Counted from the stretch's first letter, positions 1 to 9,680 are shown. The stretch is 64,000 nt of DNA from Candidatus Heimdallarchaeota archaeon (GCA_018238545.1 JABCTC010000009.1:1-64000); one strand, 5' to 3'. Numbers and translations: made by a program. The notes: generated from the sequence alone by a model not told the origin.

Positions 1-165
1 ATGGACAACTAGAGGGAGTTTAGCTTTAAATAAAGAAATTGTTATAGCTTTATTTCAGTTTCACTATAGTTTCACAAAATTATTTTGGGGAATTCTTATT
101 AATATTGACACGAATAGCCGAATCTGTTGTATTTTCTTGTACAATAGTAAAAATGGTGAATAAGT

Positions 166-675
166 ATGAAAACTAAAAAGAAAGTAATATTACTAGGAAT
201 GCTAGTTCTACTTTGATCCTTATCCATCGGAATGACTACTACTCAAGCTAAACCTAATAGAACTGTGATTGACTTTGCCTTTGATTTGCATGTTTCTGGA
301 GATGCAGAACGTATATGGGAAACTGGTTCTGGAATATGGCAAATCAGAAACACACCCCATATTGGTAGTGTTTTATCAAGTGAATCAGGAATTGACGGTA
401 CATTTTTCTACCTTGGAAATCTCATTCTTTTCGATGATTTGTTTAACCCTACAACCTTTAATAGTATAGGTGGTGGAATTTTCGAATTCACAGGAACCTA
501 CTGGGGAGAAGAAGCAGGATTTACTGGCAAATTGCATTTTACAATATTTGAATGGTATGGAACTGGATATTTCAACGTTCAAGGCAGTGGCGCTTTTGAG
601 GGTATGCATCTCAAAGGCACTTATGAAGGCTACCTTGGAGGAGTATACGACGCTCAACTAGTGATCTGGAACTAA
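166..675 (+). pseudogene. Secreted beta-rich hypothetical protein whose signal peptide is interrupted by an in-frame TGA (214-216)
   Basis: ATG 166 (after GGTGA) reads MKTKKKVILLGMLVLL*SLSIG in frame with ORF 232..675; basic N-terminus, hydrophobic core and TQA-KP cleavage-like site. Confidence 0.65.
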
Positions 676-776
676 ACACGTTCCTTTCTCTTTTTTTTCT
701 AAGTTTTGTAAAAAACTTCTTTATGGTTTATTTGTATTGTAATAAAATATAAAACTACTAGTGAATATGCCAGTAT

Positions 777-1001
777 ATGAATGTAAAACTAGAGACTTCT
801 TTGAAGTGTCCTTTCTGTGGAGAAGAAGAAATGGTACTTATGCCAACTGACAAATGCATAAGAAGGTATGTTTGTAGAAATTGTAAAGTTGTTCTAGAAC
901 CAAAGGACAAAGATTGTTGTGTTTTTTGTAGTTATGCTAAAGATAAATGCCCTTCAATGCAAGAAGAAAGTGATAGTGGCGATTCAAAGCTTCATTTGTG
1001 A
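777..1001 (+). CDS. GDCCVxC-domain small Cys-rich metal-binding protein (all-Cys form)
   Basis: CPFCG...MPTDKC...CRNC...LEPKDKDCCVFCSY...CPSMQ matches the family pattern. Confidence 0.8.
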   Translation: MNVKLETSLKCPFCGEEEMVLMPTDKCIRRYVCRNCKVVLEPKDKDCCVFCSYAKDKCPSMQEESDSGDSKLHL

Positions 1002-1120
1002 ATTATTTTTCATAATTTCTTTTCTCTCATAATCATCATTTCATACGCGCTAAGAAATAATTTACTTTCAAAAATTTCTAACACAAACTTTTAGAGCATA
1101 TATCTTAACCCACCATATCC

Positions 1121-2443
1121 ATGCCAGATGCAAAGATTGAGGATTTTTCCAAAGAAATTTCTCTTAAAGAGGATTTAATTGAAGAGGAATTGATTGATGA
1201 GGATGAACAAGATATTAAAAAAGAGGAAGCTGTTGCTCTTTATTCAAGATCTATGGCTTTTAGTATCTCATATGGTTTAGTTAGTCCTTTTGTTTCTTTT
1301 ATCGCATTGACCATGGGCGCTACAGCTGGTATTCTCGCATGGATTCAGGCTATAGCTAATCTTTTACGTCAGTTTCTAGACCCAATTTTTGGTAGACTTT
1401 CTGATATTTCTAGACGAAGAATCCCCTTTATTGTTGTATCAACTGTAACTTGGATTTTACCTTACGCATTTCTTTTCTGGGTTAAATCTCCACTTTACAT
1501 TATCCTTATAGTAGCTGCAGTAAATATTCTGATGAGTTTAGGTAATCCTGCTTGGATAGCTCTGCAAAATGAGCTCTTTCCAGCTAGAGTAAGAGGAAAG
1601 CTAACAGGAAGAGTAACATGGTTTGGTTCTTTTGGGAGTATGATAGCTACTTTATTTACGGGAATAGTTTTGACCTATGCATTTGAAGATATAGATTATC
1701 AGCAAACCATACTTATCCCAGTTGCTTTAGGTCTGATTATATCGATATTAGCAGTTATACCATTCAGAAAAATCGAGGAGCCTTTATTAAGGGTAGGTGC
1801 AACAATAGAAAAGGAAACTCAACCATTAAGAGAGAATCTAAAGGAAGTATTTCGAAATAAACCTTTTAGAAAATTTGTCATTCTATACTCAGTTTTCGGG
1901 ATATTTTGGACTTTTTCTTGGCCTCTTTTCAGTATTAAACAAGTAAATATTCTACATGCTAACCCTGTTCAAATAGCTATCCTTGAAATTGTTTTTTCTG
2001 TTACATCACTTCTTTTCATTTTGCTTGGTGCTAAAGTTGCAGATAAAGTGGGAAGAACAAAACTAGTATTTCTCAATAGAGCGTGTTTGTTTCTCTTTCC
2101 TTTGCTGTACATCTTTGCAACAGAAGTTTGGCACCTTTACTTAGTTCATTTTCTTGTTTCTAGTCTTTTCAGTTTTGGCTTTGCAGGTGTAAATGCTTAC
2201 ATACTCGATCTTGTTCCTAAGAAAAATAGTGGTTTGTACATTGGCGTTTTAAGCATGGCTACTGGAATTTGCTATTTCATTGGTACATTGCTAGGAGGCT
2301 ATTTTGTTGAAATACTACTTAATTGGTATTCTCTTGAAGTATCCTTGACAATTGCCCTTGCTTTTGTTTCAGGAATAAGGTTCTTACTTAGCTTTATGTT
2401 TCTCAGTTTGAAAGAGGTCAAGCAGTTTTCTAACAAAAAATGA
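1121..2443 (+). CDS. MFS transporter
   Basis: About 12 hydrophobic segments; motif A-like GRLSDISRRR and AKVADKVGR; acidic N-tail. Confidence 0.9.
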   Translation: MPDAKIEDFSKEISLKEDLIEEELIDEDEQDIKKEEAVALYSRSMAFSISYGLVSPFVSFIALTMGATAGILAWIQAIANLLRQFLDPIFGRLSDISRRRIPFIVVSTVTWILPYAFLFWVKSPLYIILIVAAVNILMSLGNPAWIALQNELFPARVRGKLTGRVTWFGSFGSMIATLFTGIVLTYAFEDIDYQQTILIPVALGLIISILAVIPFRKIEEPLLRVGATIEKETQPLRENLKEVFRNKPFRKFVILYSVFGIFWTFSWPLFSIKQVNILHANPVQIAILEIVFSVTSLLFILLGAKVADKVGRTKLVFLNRACLFLFPLLYIFATEVWHLYLVHFLVSSLFSFGFAGVNAYILDLVPKKNSGLYIGVLSMATGICYFIGTLLGGYFVEILLNWYSLEVSLTIALAFVSGIRFLLSFMFLSLKEVKQFSNKK

Positions 2444-2524
2444 GATAGTACCCTCTATCATTTTAAAATTCTTACAAATTTGGAGAGAAGAATTTTTGAT
2501 TAACAGCAATTATCTATCAAAAAA

Positions 2525-2779
2525 TCAATAGTTGGACTTAATTTTTTCTGTTAAATCATTATTACTTGTTTTCATATATCCTGTTTCTTCAACATTTTCA
2601 AACAGTATATCCAAATCTTCTCTTTTTACTGGAGAGCACACTGGACAATAAGCATTACAATAACTCCCATGTTCTATTATGTCTTCCAAATACTGATGAT
2701 TTGAATAATAAGGGAATTTACACTCCCATTCTTCTCCACATTGGTCACATTCGTGTTTGCATTTTAACATTTTTTCCAC
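2525..2779 (-). CDS. Small Cys-rich hypothetical protein
   Basis: CKHECDQC...C and CNAYCPVC clusters; 84 aa. Confidence 0.5.
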   Translation of the reverse strand: MEKMLKCKHECDQCGEEWECKFPYYSNHQYLEDIIEHGSYCNAYCPVCSPVKREDLDILFENVEETGYMKTSNNDLTEKIKSNY

Positions 2780-3073
2780 CTATTCTATTTTCTTATTTTA
2801 TGACAGCATCATAATCAACTTTGAATGATTTTTCCTACTTCTCTTGATCTTCTTGACCAGAGCAAATGATTGCTTCGTAAAGCTCTAAAACCGTTATGAT
2901 GCATTCATAACTAGCGGGTTTTTAACGTTTATGTCGATATTTCGTATACATTACAATAGATTTGAATATTTAAATACTTTTTCATCAAAAGATTCATCTA
3001 AATTAGCCCTAATCTTTAATCTGATGGAACAACAAAGAGATTCAAGGAAAAAAGAGCGCGTTTCCATCTTTTC

Positions 3074-3259
3074 TTATAAAATTTCTATGAGAACTTCTTC
3101 AGATTCTCTTATTTTTTTGTACTTTGACCTTTTCAATCTGTCTGAAACAGATTGTTGAGATATTTTAAGTCTCTTAGATACTTCTCTTTTTGCTATATTT
3201 TTGGAGAAAATATATATAATCTCATAATAACCAAAGTAAACAAAAATAAAAAGTGACAA
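3074..3259 (-). pseudogene. C-terminal HTH remnant of a SatD-like protein
   Basis: KREVSKRLKISQQSVSDRLKRSKYKKIRESEE resembles the SatD C-terminal HTH; no room for an N-terminal domain before the divergent gene at 3263. Confidence 0.45.
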
Positions 3260-3262
3260 TAA

Positions 3263-3934
3263 ATGAACTGGAAAGAACTATCAACGAAAGTATTGTTAAT
3301 TTTGAGTTCAATTTAGGTATATATTCCTATAGTAGCAGGTATCGTCACAATAATGTGGTATTTAATTCCAACAGCTTACATTTCATGGTACATCTTTCTT
3401 TCTACTCCTACAAATATGTGGGCAGAAATGATATATGTCCTTCCACCAAAATTATATGTTTTTAAAATTATTTTTTGTATATTGATCATTATCACAGGTA
3501 TTTATCTTTTAATTCGGGGGTTGATAGAACTAGTTATTGATCGAAAAAATGATATTAACATCTCAAAAAATGGTCTCTATAAATATATTCGTCATCCACA
3601 GAATTTGGGAATAATACTAATATCTCTTTTTTTTGTTTTATGGACACAATTTCGTGTGGGTGATTTTCTTTCCTGGTTATTATTCACATTAATTATAATC
3701 ATATGGTCTGATCTTGAAGAAATGAAATTAGTGAAAACATACCCAGAAGAATACACTGAATACCGGAAGACTACTGGATTTTTCTTTCCAAGAATAATTG
3801 AAAAAAGAAAACATCGAAGTACTGATTGGAAATATTATCTTTTTAGATATCTTATCTTCATTTGTATTTATTCTATAATTGTGGTTGCCATGTATTTAAT
3901 TACACAATATTTCCCAGGAATTACAGTCAAATAA
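3263..3934 (+). pseudogene. Isoprenylcysteine carboxyl methyltransferase (ICMT/PEMT-family) membrane protein with an in-frame TAG at 3314-3316
   Basis: GLYKYIRHPQNLG and EEMKL...Y.EYRKTTGFFFP motifs; ATG 3263 reads MNWKELSTKVLLILSSI*VYIPIVAGIVTI in frame with ATG 3353. Confidence 0.75.
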
Positions 3935-4228
3935 GATAAGAACTCTCTTTCATTATTTAACTTAGAAATATGGGAGATTGACGAAAAAAATATAAGACTT
4001 ATGCTAAATATAGAATTAATTCATATTTCCATAACAATACTTTGATTAGTAATCCTAGAAGAATCGATAAAGTTAGATTAACTATTGTTCCTACTAGATA
4101 ATAATCTCGTTTGGGGGTATTTATTTAATTATCACTAGAAAAAAGTAAATATTAATTCACTAGTCTGATGGAAAAATATCTCTTGAAGAATTATTTTTTT
4201 AAACTAATGCTAAGGCAATTGACTTAGA

Positions 4229-5254
4229 ATGACTGATACTGTTTGTGCTTACTTACTAGGTAGTGAACCATCTATGCGTGAACAATTAGCTAGACAACTT
4301 GGTAAGAAAGGAACTTCTTCTGATGTTTGTTTATACAATTATGACAAAGATTTCACACTGGAGGTGGTAGACCCCTTACGGTATCCTGACAAACCACTTA
4401 CAATGTTCCAAACTATTTTCATGACAGATGTACCCATAGTCTTGATTCCGATAACAGGTCCTGATATACATACAGCAGAATTCGGATTACTTCTTGAATC
4501 ACTAGGTTTTGCAAATGGTATTATAGCAGTTGTTCATGAAGGAGAATATTTTGATAACCTTCAAATTGAGCAGAAAATCCAAAAAATGTTTTCCAATCTT
4601 CTCTTGAACAATTATCCGATTTTGAATGTTGATTTAACAAAAGGAGAAACTGTTAATGAGCTGAAAATAATGATTAAAGAAAAATCATCTTCTAGACCTT
4701 CATTCTTGTGGGCAGAAAAAGATCATTCAAGAGTAGATATTGATCATGTTTTTCCAGTTAAGGGTATAGGAACAGTTATTCTTGGCAGAGTTAGAGCAGG
4801 CAACTTGAAAAGAGGAGAAACATTACATGTTTTTCCCTCAAAAAGAAACTGTATACTGCGCTCAATTCAAATAAGTGATGTAGATTATAATGATGCTGAA
4901 ACAGGAAAAAGAGTAGGGCTTGCTCTTCGTGGATTATTACCAAAAGATGTTCAGAGAGGCTTTGTTCTTTCGAATAGTATCAGCTGGACTATCTCTTCAG
5001 AATTAGACGTAAAGTTGCGTGTTGCTCCTTACTCTAAACTACCTGAAGAAGGTAAAACAAGGCATTTGATTGTTGGTCTCCATGCAGTACCTGCAAAGGT
5101 TTTAACATGTGCTTCAATCAAGGATGAAGAACCAGATATGTTTTGTATTTCATTAAAATTAGATCAAGAAATAGCTTTCTTCCATGAAGAACCTGCATTA
5201 CTGATTGATTTGAATGGTAAACCTAAAACGATTGGGTATTGTCTATTGATATAA
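4229..5254 (+). CDS. Archaeal SelB/EF-Tu-like protein with degenerate G-domain
   Basis: LGKKGTSSD, RYPDK, IDHVFPVKGIGTVILG, RSIQ..D...AETGKRVGLAL (SelB domain II); no canonical GxxxxGK(S/T). Confidence 0.85.
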   Translation: MTDTVCAYLLGSEPSMREQLARQLGKKGTSSDVCLYNYDKDFTLEVVDPLRYPDKPLTMFQTIFMTDVPIVLIPITGPDIHTAEFGLLLESLGFANGIIAVVHEGEYFDNLQIEQKIQKMFSNLLLNNYPILNVDLTKGETVNELKIMIKEKSSSRPSFLWAEKDHSRVDIDHVFPVKGIGTVILGRVRAGNLKRGETLHVFPSKRNCILRSIQISDVDYNDAETGKRVGLALRGLLPKDVQRGFVLSNSISWTISSELDVKLRVAPYSKLPEEGKTRHLIVGLHAVPAKVLTCASIKDEEPDMFCISLKLDQEIAFFHEEPALLIDLNGKPKTIGYCLLI

Positions 5255-5392
5255 ACTATTATTTCTATTAATAATCACAAATACTTCACTTATACTGTAA
5301 ATAGAATTACACTAGAACGGCCATATATGGATTACCAGCCCTTTTTACACAATGTTTAAATAATTTCAGCAGTTTATTTTTGCATTTCAACA

Positions 5393-5833
5393 ATGAAAAC
5401 ATGTCCTAATTGCAACGCTGAACTCAAAACATCATCAATTTTTTGTACAGAATGCGGATTTAGTTTTGATTCTGTAGAAAAAAAACCTGAAACTATTTCA
5501 CAACCAAATTATGCTACAGCTACTCCAGTGCAACCCTCATTTCAACCTTCAAACATAAGTGGTCCTGTCTATCCAGGAGCTTGTAACAAATGTAAGTTAC
5601 TATTTCCAGCTGGAACATTTACTTGTTTTAGATGTAATGATCCTTTAACTTTTATTGTAGATGTTCCTCCTGCGATTAAGAATAAAATTCCGCCTACAGG
5701 GCTTGATCTAACTAGCTTTTCAAGATCATCATCTAGTAGCAGTGGAAAAGGATGAGCCTACTGGGCTATGAGAATAGTGATGTTTCTTATCTTATCTGCA
5801 GTAGTATCCGTATTAGTGATGATTTTTGGATAG
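5393..5833 (+). pseudogene. Double zinc-ribbon protein whose C-terminal TM anchor lies beyond an in-frame TGA (5753-5755)
   Basis: Four CxxC pairs; after TGA the frame continues AYWAMRIVMFLILSAVVSVLVMIFG to TAG 5831-5833, matching the TM tail of the paralogue at 5886. Confidence 0.7.
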
Positions 5834-5885
5834 TTTAGTGATATCTATATTTTGTCAATAACCAATATTTGTATCTTCATTTTAG

Positions 5886-6311
5886 ATGAAAGAACTAATG
5901 TCAGAAAAGAAAATCTGTTCTAATTGCAGTTCTGCTAATCAAGAAAATGCTGCTGTTTGTGCAGTTTGCAGAGTTTCATTTGATATTGAGGATTTAGCGG
6001 ATAGTGAATTTAATGATATTCTTGAAAAAGAAATACATGCTCACAGATCAGAATATAGCGGTTCTATTCATCCAGATGCTTGCTCAAAGTGTAATTTAGT
6101 TTTCAGATCAGGTGCTCGAAATTGTAGAAAATGTGATGCACTATTAACTCCAATCAAATTACCTAATAATGTAATTGAAGAGCTACCTATTGAAGGGAAA
6201 GCATTCAAAGAAATCTATCGTAAAAATAACATATTATTCTGGTTTTCACGAATATCTATACTAGTATTGTTTTTTGGAATCATTAGTTTAATTGTTTCGT
6301 TATTAGCTTGA
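5886..6311 (+). CDS. Double zinc-ribbon protein with C-terminal TM helix
   Basis: CSNC, CAVC, CSKC, CRKC; GSIHPDACSKC parallels GPVYPGACNKC of the upstream gene; hydrophobic C-tail. Confidence 0.8.
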   Translation: MKELMSEKKICSNCSSANQENAAVCAVCRVSFDIEDLADSEFNDILEKEIHAHRSEYSGSIHPDACSKCNLVFRSGARNCRKCDALLTPIKLPNNVIEELPIEGKAFKEIYRKNNILFWFSRISILVLFFGIISLIVSLLA

Positions 6312-6402
6312 TGAGATTGAACGACTTAGATAATTCCTCTTGTTAGAAAGAAAAAATTATAAGTGAATGAAACACCATTAAATAGCAAATAAAGTGAAGT
6401 CG

Positions 6403-6756
6403 ATGAGTTCTACTACTAGCCAATCCACTTTCAGAAAAAGAATTCTTCCGATTTTCAGTTTTGTTTTTGGACCAATTTTGATTTCTGTAGGCATTTTTGT
6501 TCCTAATATCTTATGGAAAATTATTTTCATTGTTGTAGGTTCAAGCCTTGTAATAAGTTTATATCTTTCCAGAAGAACTAACCCTGTTTCAGCCCAAGAG
6601 TTGTGTCCTGCTTGCCATGGTTCAGGGTCAGTTAAAAATCAATCAGATCAGCTTTCTGAGCATTTTGTCAAGAGTTGCTTAAGTTACAAAGCAACAACTA
6701 GAACTTGTGGAATGTGTGAGGGTACAGGTAAAAGGAAACAACAATTATCAGAATGA
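6403..6756 (+). CDS. Two-TM membrane protein with DnaJ-type CxxCxGxG zinc finger
   Basis: CPACHGSG and CGMCEGTG after two hydrophobic helices. Confidence 0.75.
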   Translation: MSSTTSQSTFRKRILPIFSFVFGPILISVGIFVPNILWKIIFIVVGSSLVISLYLSRRTNPVSAQELCPACHGSGSVKNQSDQLSEHFVKSCLSYKATTRTCGMCEGTGKRKQQLSE

Positions 6757-6794
6757 GTAATTGATTCTACGGAAGCTTTTTAGGAGTCTATAGA

Positions 6795-7130
6795 TTGAAA
6801 TTACATGTGACATTGAGATTCTGTGAAAACTGCCATACTCAAGTAGAGGATGATGCAACATTTTGTTTTGAATGTGGACATGAACTCAAACTTCAAAAAC
6901 TCAATTCTTCTGCTAAACAGTCTACAGAAATCGGTAACCATATCCCTCTAACTGTTCGCAATGTAAGCACACCTAGCGAGCGTATGTACGCACAACAAGA
7001 TATGTACGGCAAACAGCAAAGAAAGAATTATAGACGCAAAAGACTGTCGTCAAAAATGATTTCGCGAATAATTAGTTTTGCTATAATGATGGCTATAATT
7101 TACACATTAGGTTACGTCTTTTTCGATTAA
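6795..7130 (+). CDS. Zinc-ribbon protein with C-terminal TM helix
   Basis: FCENC...FCFECG; basic patch followed by hydrophobic tail. Confidence 0.75.
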   Translation: MKLHVTLRFCENCHTQVEDDATFCFECGHELKLQKLNSSAKQSTEIGNHIPLTVRNVSTPSERMYAQQDMYGKQQRKNYRRKRLSSKMISRIISFAIMMAIIYTLGYVFFD

Positions 7131-7171
7131 ATTTTTGAAAATTTTATAACTAACCATATTTACGTAGTGGT

Positions 7172-7729
7172 ATGGTTTTTATCGATTATGTTTGGCATTC
7201 CATTATTGCTATCTTCGCATTTGCACATCCCATGTTCCAAACAAGCTCTTTTGCAAATATCTGGGGTGGAGGTAAACCTGTTGATATGGGCAAAACTTGG
7301 AAAGGGAAGAGAATTCTAGGAGATAACAAGACTTGGAGAGGAGTGATAGCTGGATTAATAGGTGGTACATTCTTTGGAGCATTGTTTTCCTTTTTCTTTG
7401 CAGATCCATTCAATTTGTTTTACGGAAATGTTTTTCCTTGTGAATATCCGATGTATATAGGATTCTTCTTCTCAATCGGAACACATTTAGCTGATTTTAT
7501 AGGTTCTTTCATTAAAAGAAGAATCATCATTCCACCAAGTAGAGGTTTATTCCCTTGGGATCAAATGGGCTATATAATAACAGGTTTCGCTTGTAGTATA
7601 GGTTTCATGTTTCCTCTTAGAGAGTTCTTCTGGTACTATTTCCTGTTTTTGCTAATATCTACTTTCTTCATTCATGTACTTGTCAGCTTTATTGGCTATA
7701 AACTAGGGATAAAAAAAGTATGGTACTAA
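7172..7729 (+). CDS. carS: CDP-archaeol synthase
   Basis: GGGKPVDMGK...RILGDNKTWRG; DFIGSFIKRR; P.WDQ; GYKLGIKKVWY C-terminus. Confidence 0.9.
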   Translation: MVFIDYVWHSIIAIFAFAHPMFQTSSFANIWGGGKPVDMGKTWKGKRILGDNKTWRGVIAGLIGGTFFGALFSFFFADPFNLFYGNVFPCEYPMYIGFFFSIGTHLADFIGSFIKRRIIIPPSRGLFPWDQMGYIITGFACSIGFMFPLREFFWYYFLFLLISTFFIHVLVSFIGYKLGIKKVWY

Positions 7730-7825
7730 GAAATATTGTAGGTTGTAAGATAAAATATAACTCATTTAATCGAAATCTACTCTTGAAAGATTAACATTTA
7801 TATTATACTCTACTATTTTTCATTA

Positions 7826-8689
7826 ATGGCAAAGCAAGAAGAGAAGACTAAGTTTGATTTAATAACACAAGCTAATTATGAAAAAATAGCTAATATTGTT
7901 TTAGTTCCACTATCTGATGGGTCGCAAATTAGAACACTAACAACAGAAGCACCTGAAGAAACATCAAATAACTTTACACTTGTACTTGTTGCTGGCTGGG
8001 TTTCGATAGTTCTAGGTTGGGATGATTTACTTATGGAAGCTAAAGATTTCTTCAATATCCTCTATATTGAGACTAGAGAAAAAGCTACAAGTATAGTTCC
8101 CAAAAAGGGTAAGTTCGATCTTGACCGATATGCTTTGGATATAAAGGAAGCAATTGAATATCATCAACTTAAGGAAAAGAATACAATTATACTCTCTACA
8201 TCTTTCGGTGCGATTTTAGTCGCTTTGATGTTGAAAAACCTAGGAAATAATCCCTGCCTTTCTATACTTGTTGGTCCAATAGAAAGAATATCATTACCTA
8301 TTGCTATAAAACTAGCTATTCTCATTCTACCTGCTTGGATGTTTAATCTAATCAAACCAGTTGGTAACTGGTGGGTTAGGAAATTTAAGACAGAAGACAA
8401 ATATCAAGCAGCTCGTTATATTAGAGCAATTCGTGACTCTGATCCGAAAAAATGGAAAAAAACTATAGGACATGTAGCTTTTGCAAAATTTTGGGGTTTT
8501 TATGAAGGTTTAGATAATAATATCCTAGTTATTGATGAAAGTGAAGATCCTATGCATGATACTGAAGCAACTAAGAAGATAGCCTCTCTCATACCAACTT
8601 CTAGGATTATTGATATCAAAACAAATAGAGCAGCACATTCAACACCTATGATAGAAATAATGCGTAAAGAAATAAGAGAAAATCTCTAA
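7826..8689 (+). CDS. Alpha/beta hydrolase (paralogue 1)
   Basis: VAGW oxyanion region, STSFG nucleophile elbow, EDPMH, AAHS. Confidence 0.8.
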   Translation: MAKQEEKTKFDLITQANYEKIANIVLVPLSDGSQIRTLTTEAPEETSNNFTLVLVAGWVSIVLGWDDLLMEAKDFFNILYIETREKATSIVPKKGKFDLDRYALDIKEAIEYHQLKEKNTIILSTSFGAILVALMLKNLGNNPCLSILVGPIERISLPIAIKLAILILPAWMFNLIKPVGNWWVRKFKTEDKYQAARYIRAIRDSDPKKWKKTIGHVAFAKFWGFYEGLDNNILVIDESEDPMHDTEATKKIASLIPTSRIIDIKTNRAAHSTPMIEIMRKEIRENL

Positions 8690-8696
8690 AATGATT

Positions 8697-9509
8697 CTAT
8701 TTTTTATTGCTTTGTTTTGCATAGAAATTTCGTACTATATCAAGCTGAAAAACCTTATCGACATCCATTCCTAATTCTGGATCATCTGCAATGATACCTA
8801 GACATGCGTTAGGAGATTTGAAGAAATATTTGTTTACAACATCATTAAATCCTTGCATTGTAATTCTTCTGAAGAACAATTTTAACACAGTAATTGGGCT
8901 GAATATGAGAAGAGCTTTAAACACGTCCTTTCTACTACGTACAACTTGTTCTAATACTTCTCCGTGAGTATCAATTATCGAAGGTTTAGCTAGCAAAGTA
9001 TCTCCTGAACACCAACTAACATCTCTTAAATGTACATATGTTCGCTTAGAATCTGGGAATTTAGATTCCATATCTTTTTTATCAATTAGACACATATAAT
9101 ATAGTGCTTTTAGTTCTCCATCTGTAGCTAAACTACATTTTTCAATGAATCTTTCCATTTTTTCTGTCGTTATTAATGGTGTATCACCAGAAATAACTAG
9201 TACATAATCTGGTTCTTCTTTCTCTGTGTAGAATGTATTTCTAAAATGTCTAAGTTTGTCAATTATGTCTCCGTGAAAATCATCAAAAATTACCGGGTAA
9301 TCTGTCTTCCATTGCTCTGCAGACATTCCACTAACATAGATATTTCTTATTCCTTTGATTTCTTTAATAGCTGCAATCTGGTGTTCAATGAACATCTTAT
9401 CACCTAACTTGAGGAAAGCTTTTCTTGTTACTTTCTCTAGAAATAAAAGATCAGAGTCTTTCTCACTATGACCCGCTAATATTATAGCATCAAAAATCAT
9501 AGTTTTCAA
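8697..9509 (-). CDS. MobA-like NTP transferase family protein (paralogue 1)
   Basis: DAIILAG, KAFLKLG, SGDTPLI, MDVDK. Confidence 0.85.
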   Translation of the reverse strand: MKTMIFDAIILAGHSEKDSDLLFLEKVTRKAFLKLGDKMFIEHQIAAIKEIKGIRNIYVSGMSAEQWKTDYPVIFDDFHGDIIDKLRHFRNTFYTEKEEPDYVLVISGDTPLITTEKMERFIEKCSLATDGELKALYYMCLIDKKDMESKFPDSKRTYVHLRDVSWCSGDTLLAKPSIIDTHGEVLEQVVRSRKDVFKALLIFSPITVLKLFFRRITMQGFNDVVNKYFFKSPNACLGIIADDPELGMDVDKVFQLDIVRNFYAKQSNKK

Positions 9510-9680
9510 TTAAAACACTTTGTTTTAAGATTTTTCTTTTCAAACTTGATAAAAGAGCTGAAGTAAAATAGAAAGATAAGCAAGCTTGTAGAAGTTAGTT
9601 ATGTATATGCTTTATTTCTTAAGTAGATACACAAATCAGTAAATAATAATATTCTTAAACCATTCAAAAAACCATCATTC

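Noticed and set aside
676-776. SECIS element downstream of TGA-interrupted genes (also 5834-5885)
   Set aside because: No convincing stem-loop by eye; the regions are T/A-rich terminator or promoter-like sequence
3253-3465. ORF 3253..3465 as a frameshifted N-terminus of the ICMT gene
   Set aside because: The in-frame ATG 3263 reading through TAG 3314 gives a better hydrophobic N-terminus
3935-4228. Possible further TGA-interrupted mini-ORF from ATG 3970
   Set aside because: Too short, no recognisable family; could be chance
2444-4228. Integron or mobile element
   Set aside because: No integrase or transposase, no repeated attC-like sites, no terminal repeats
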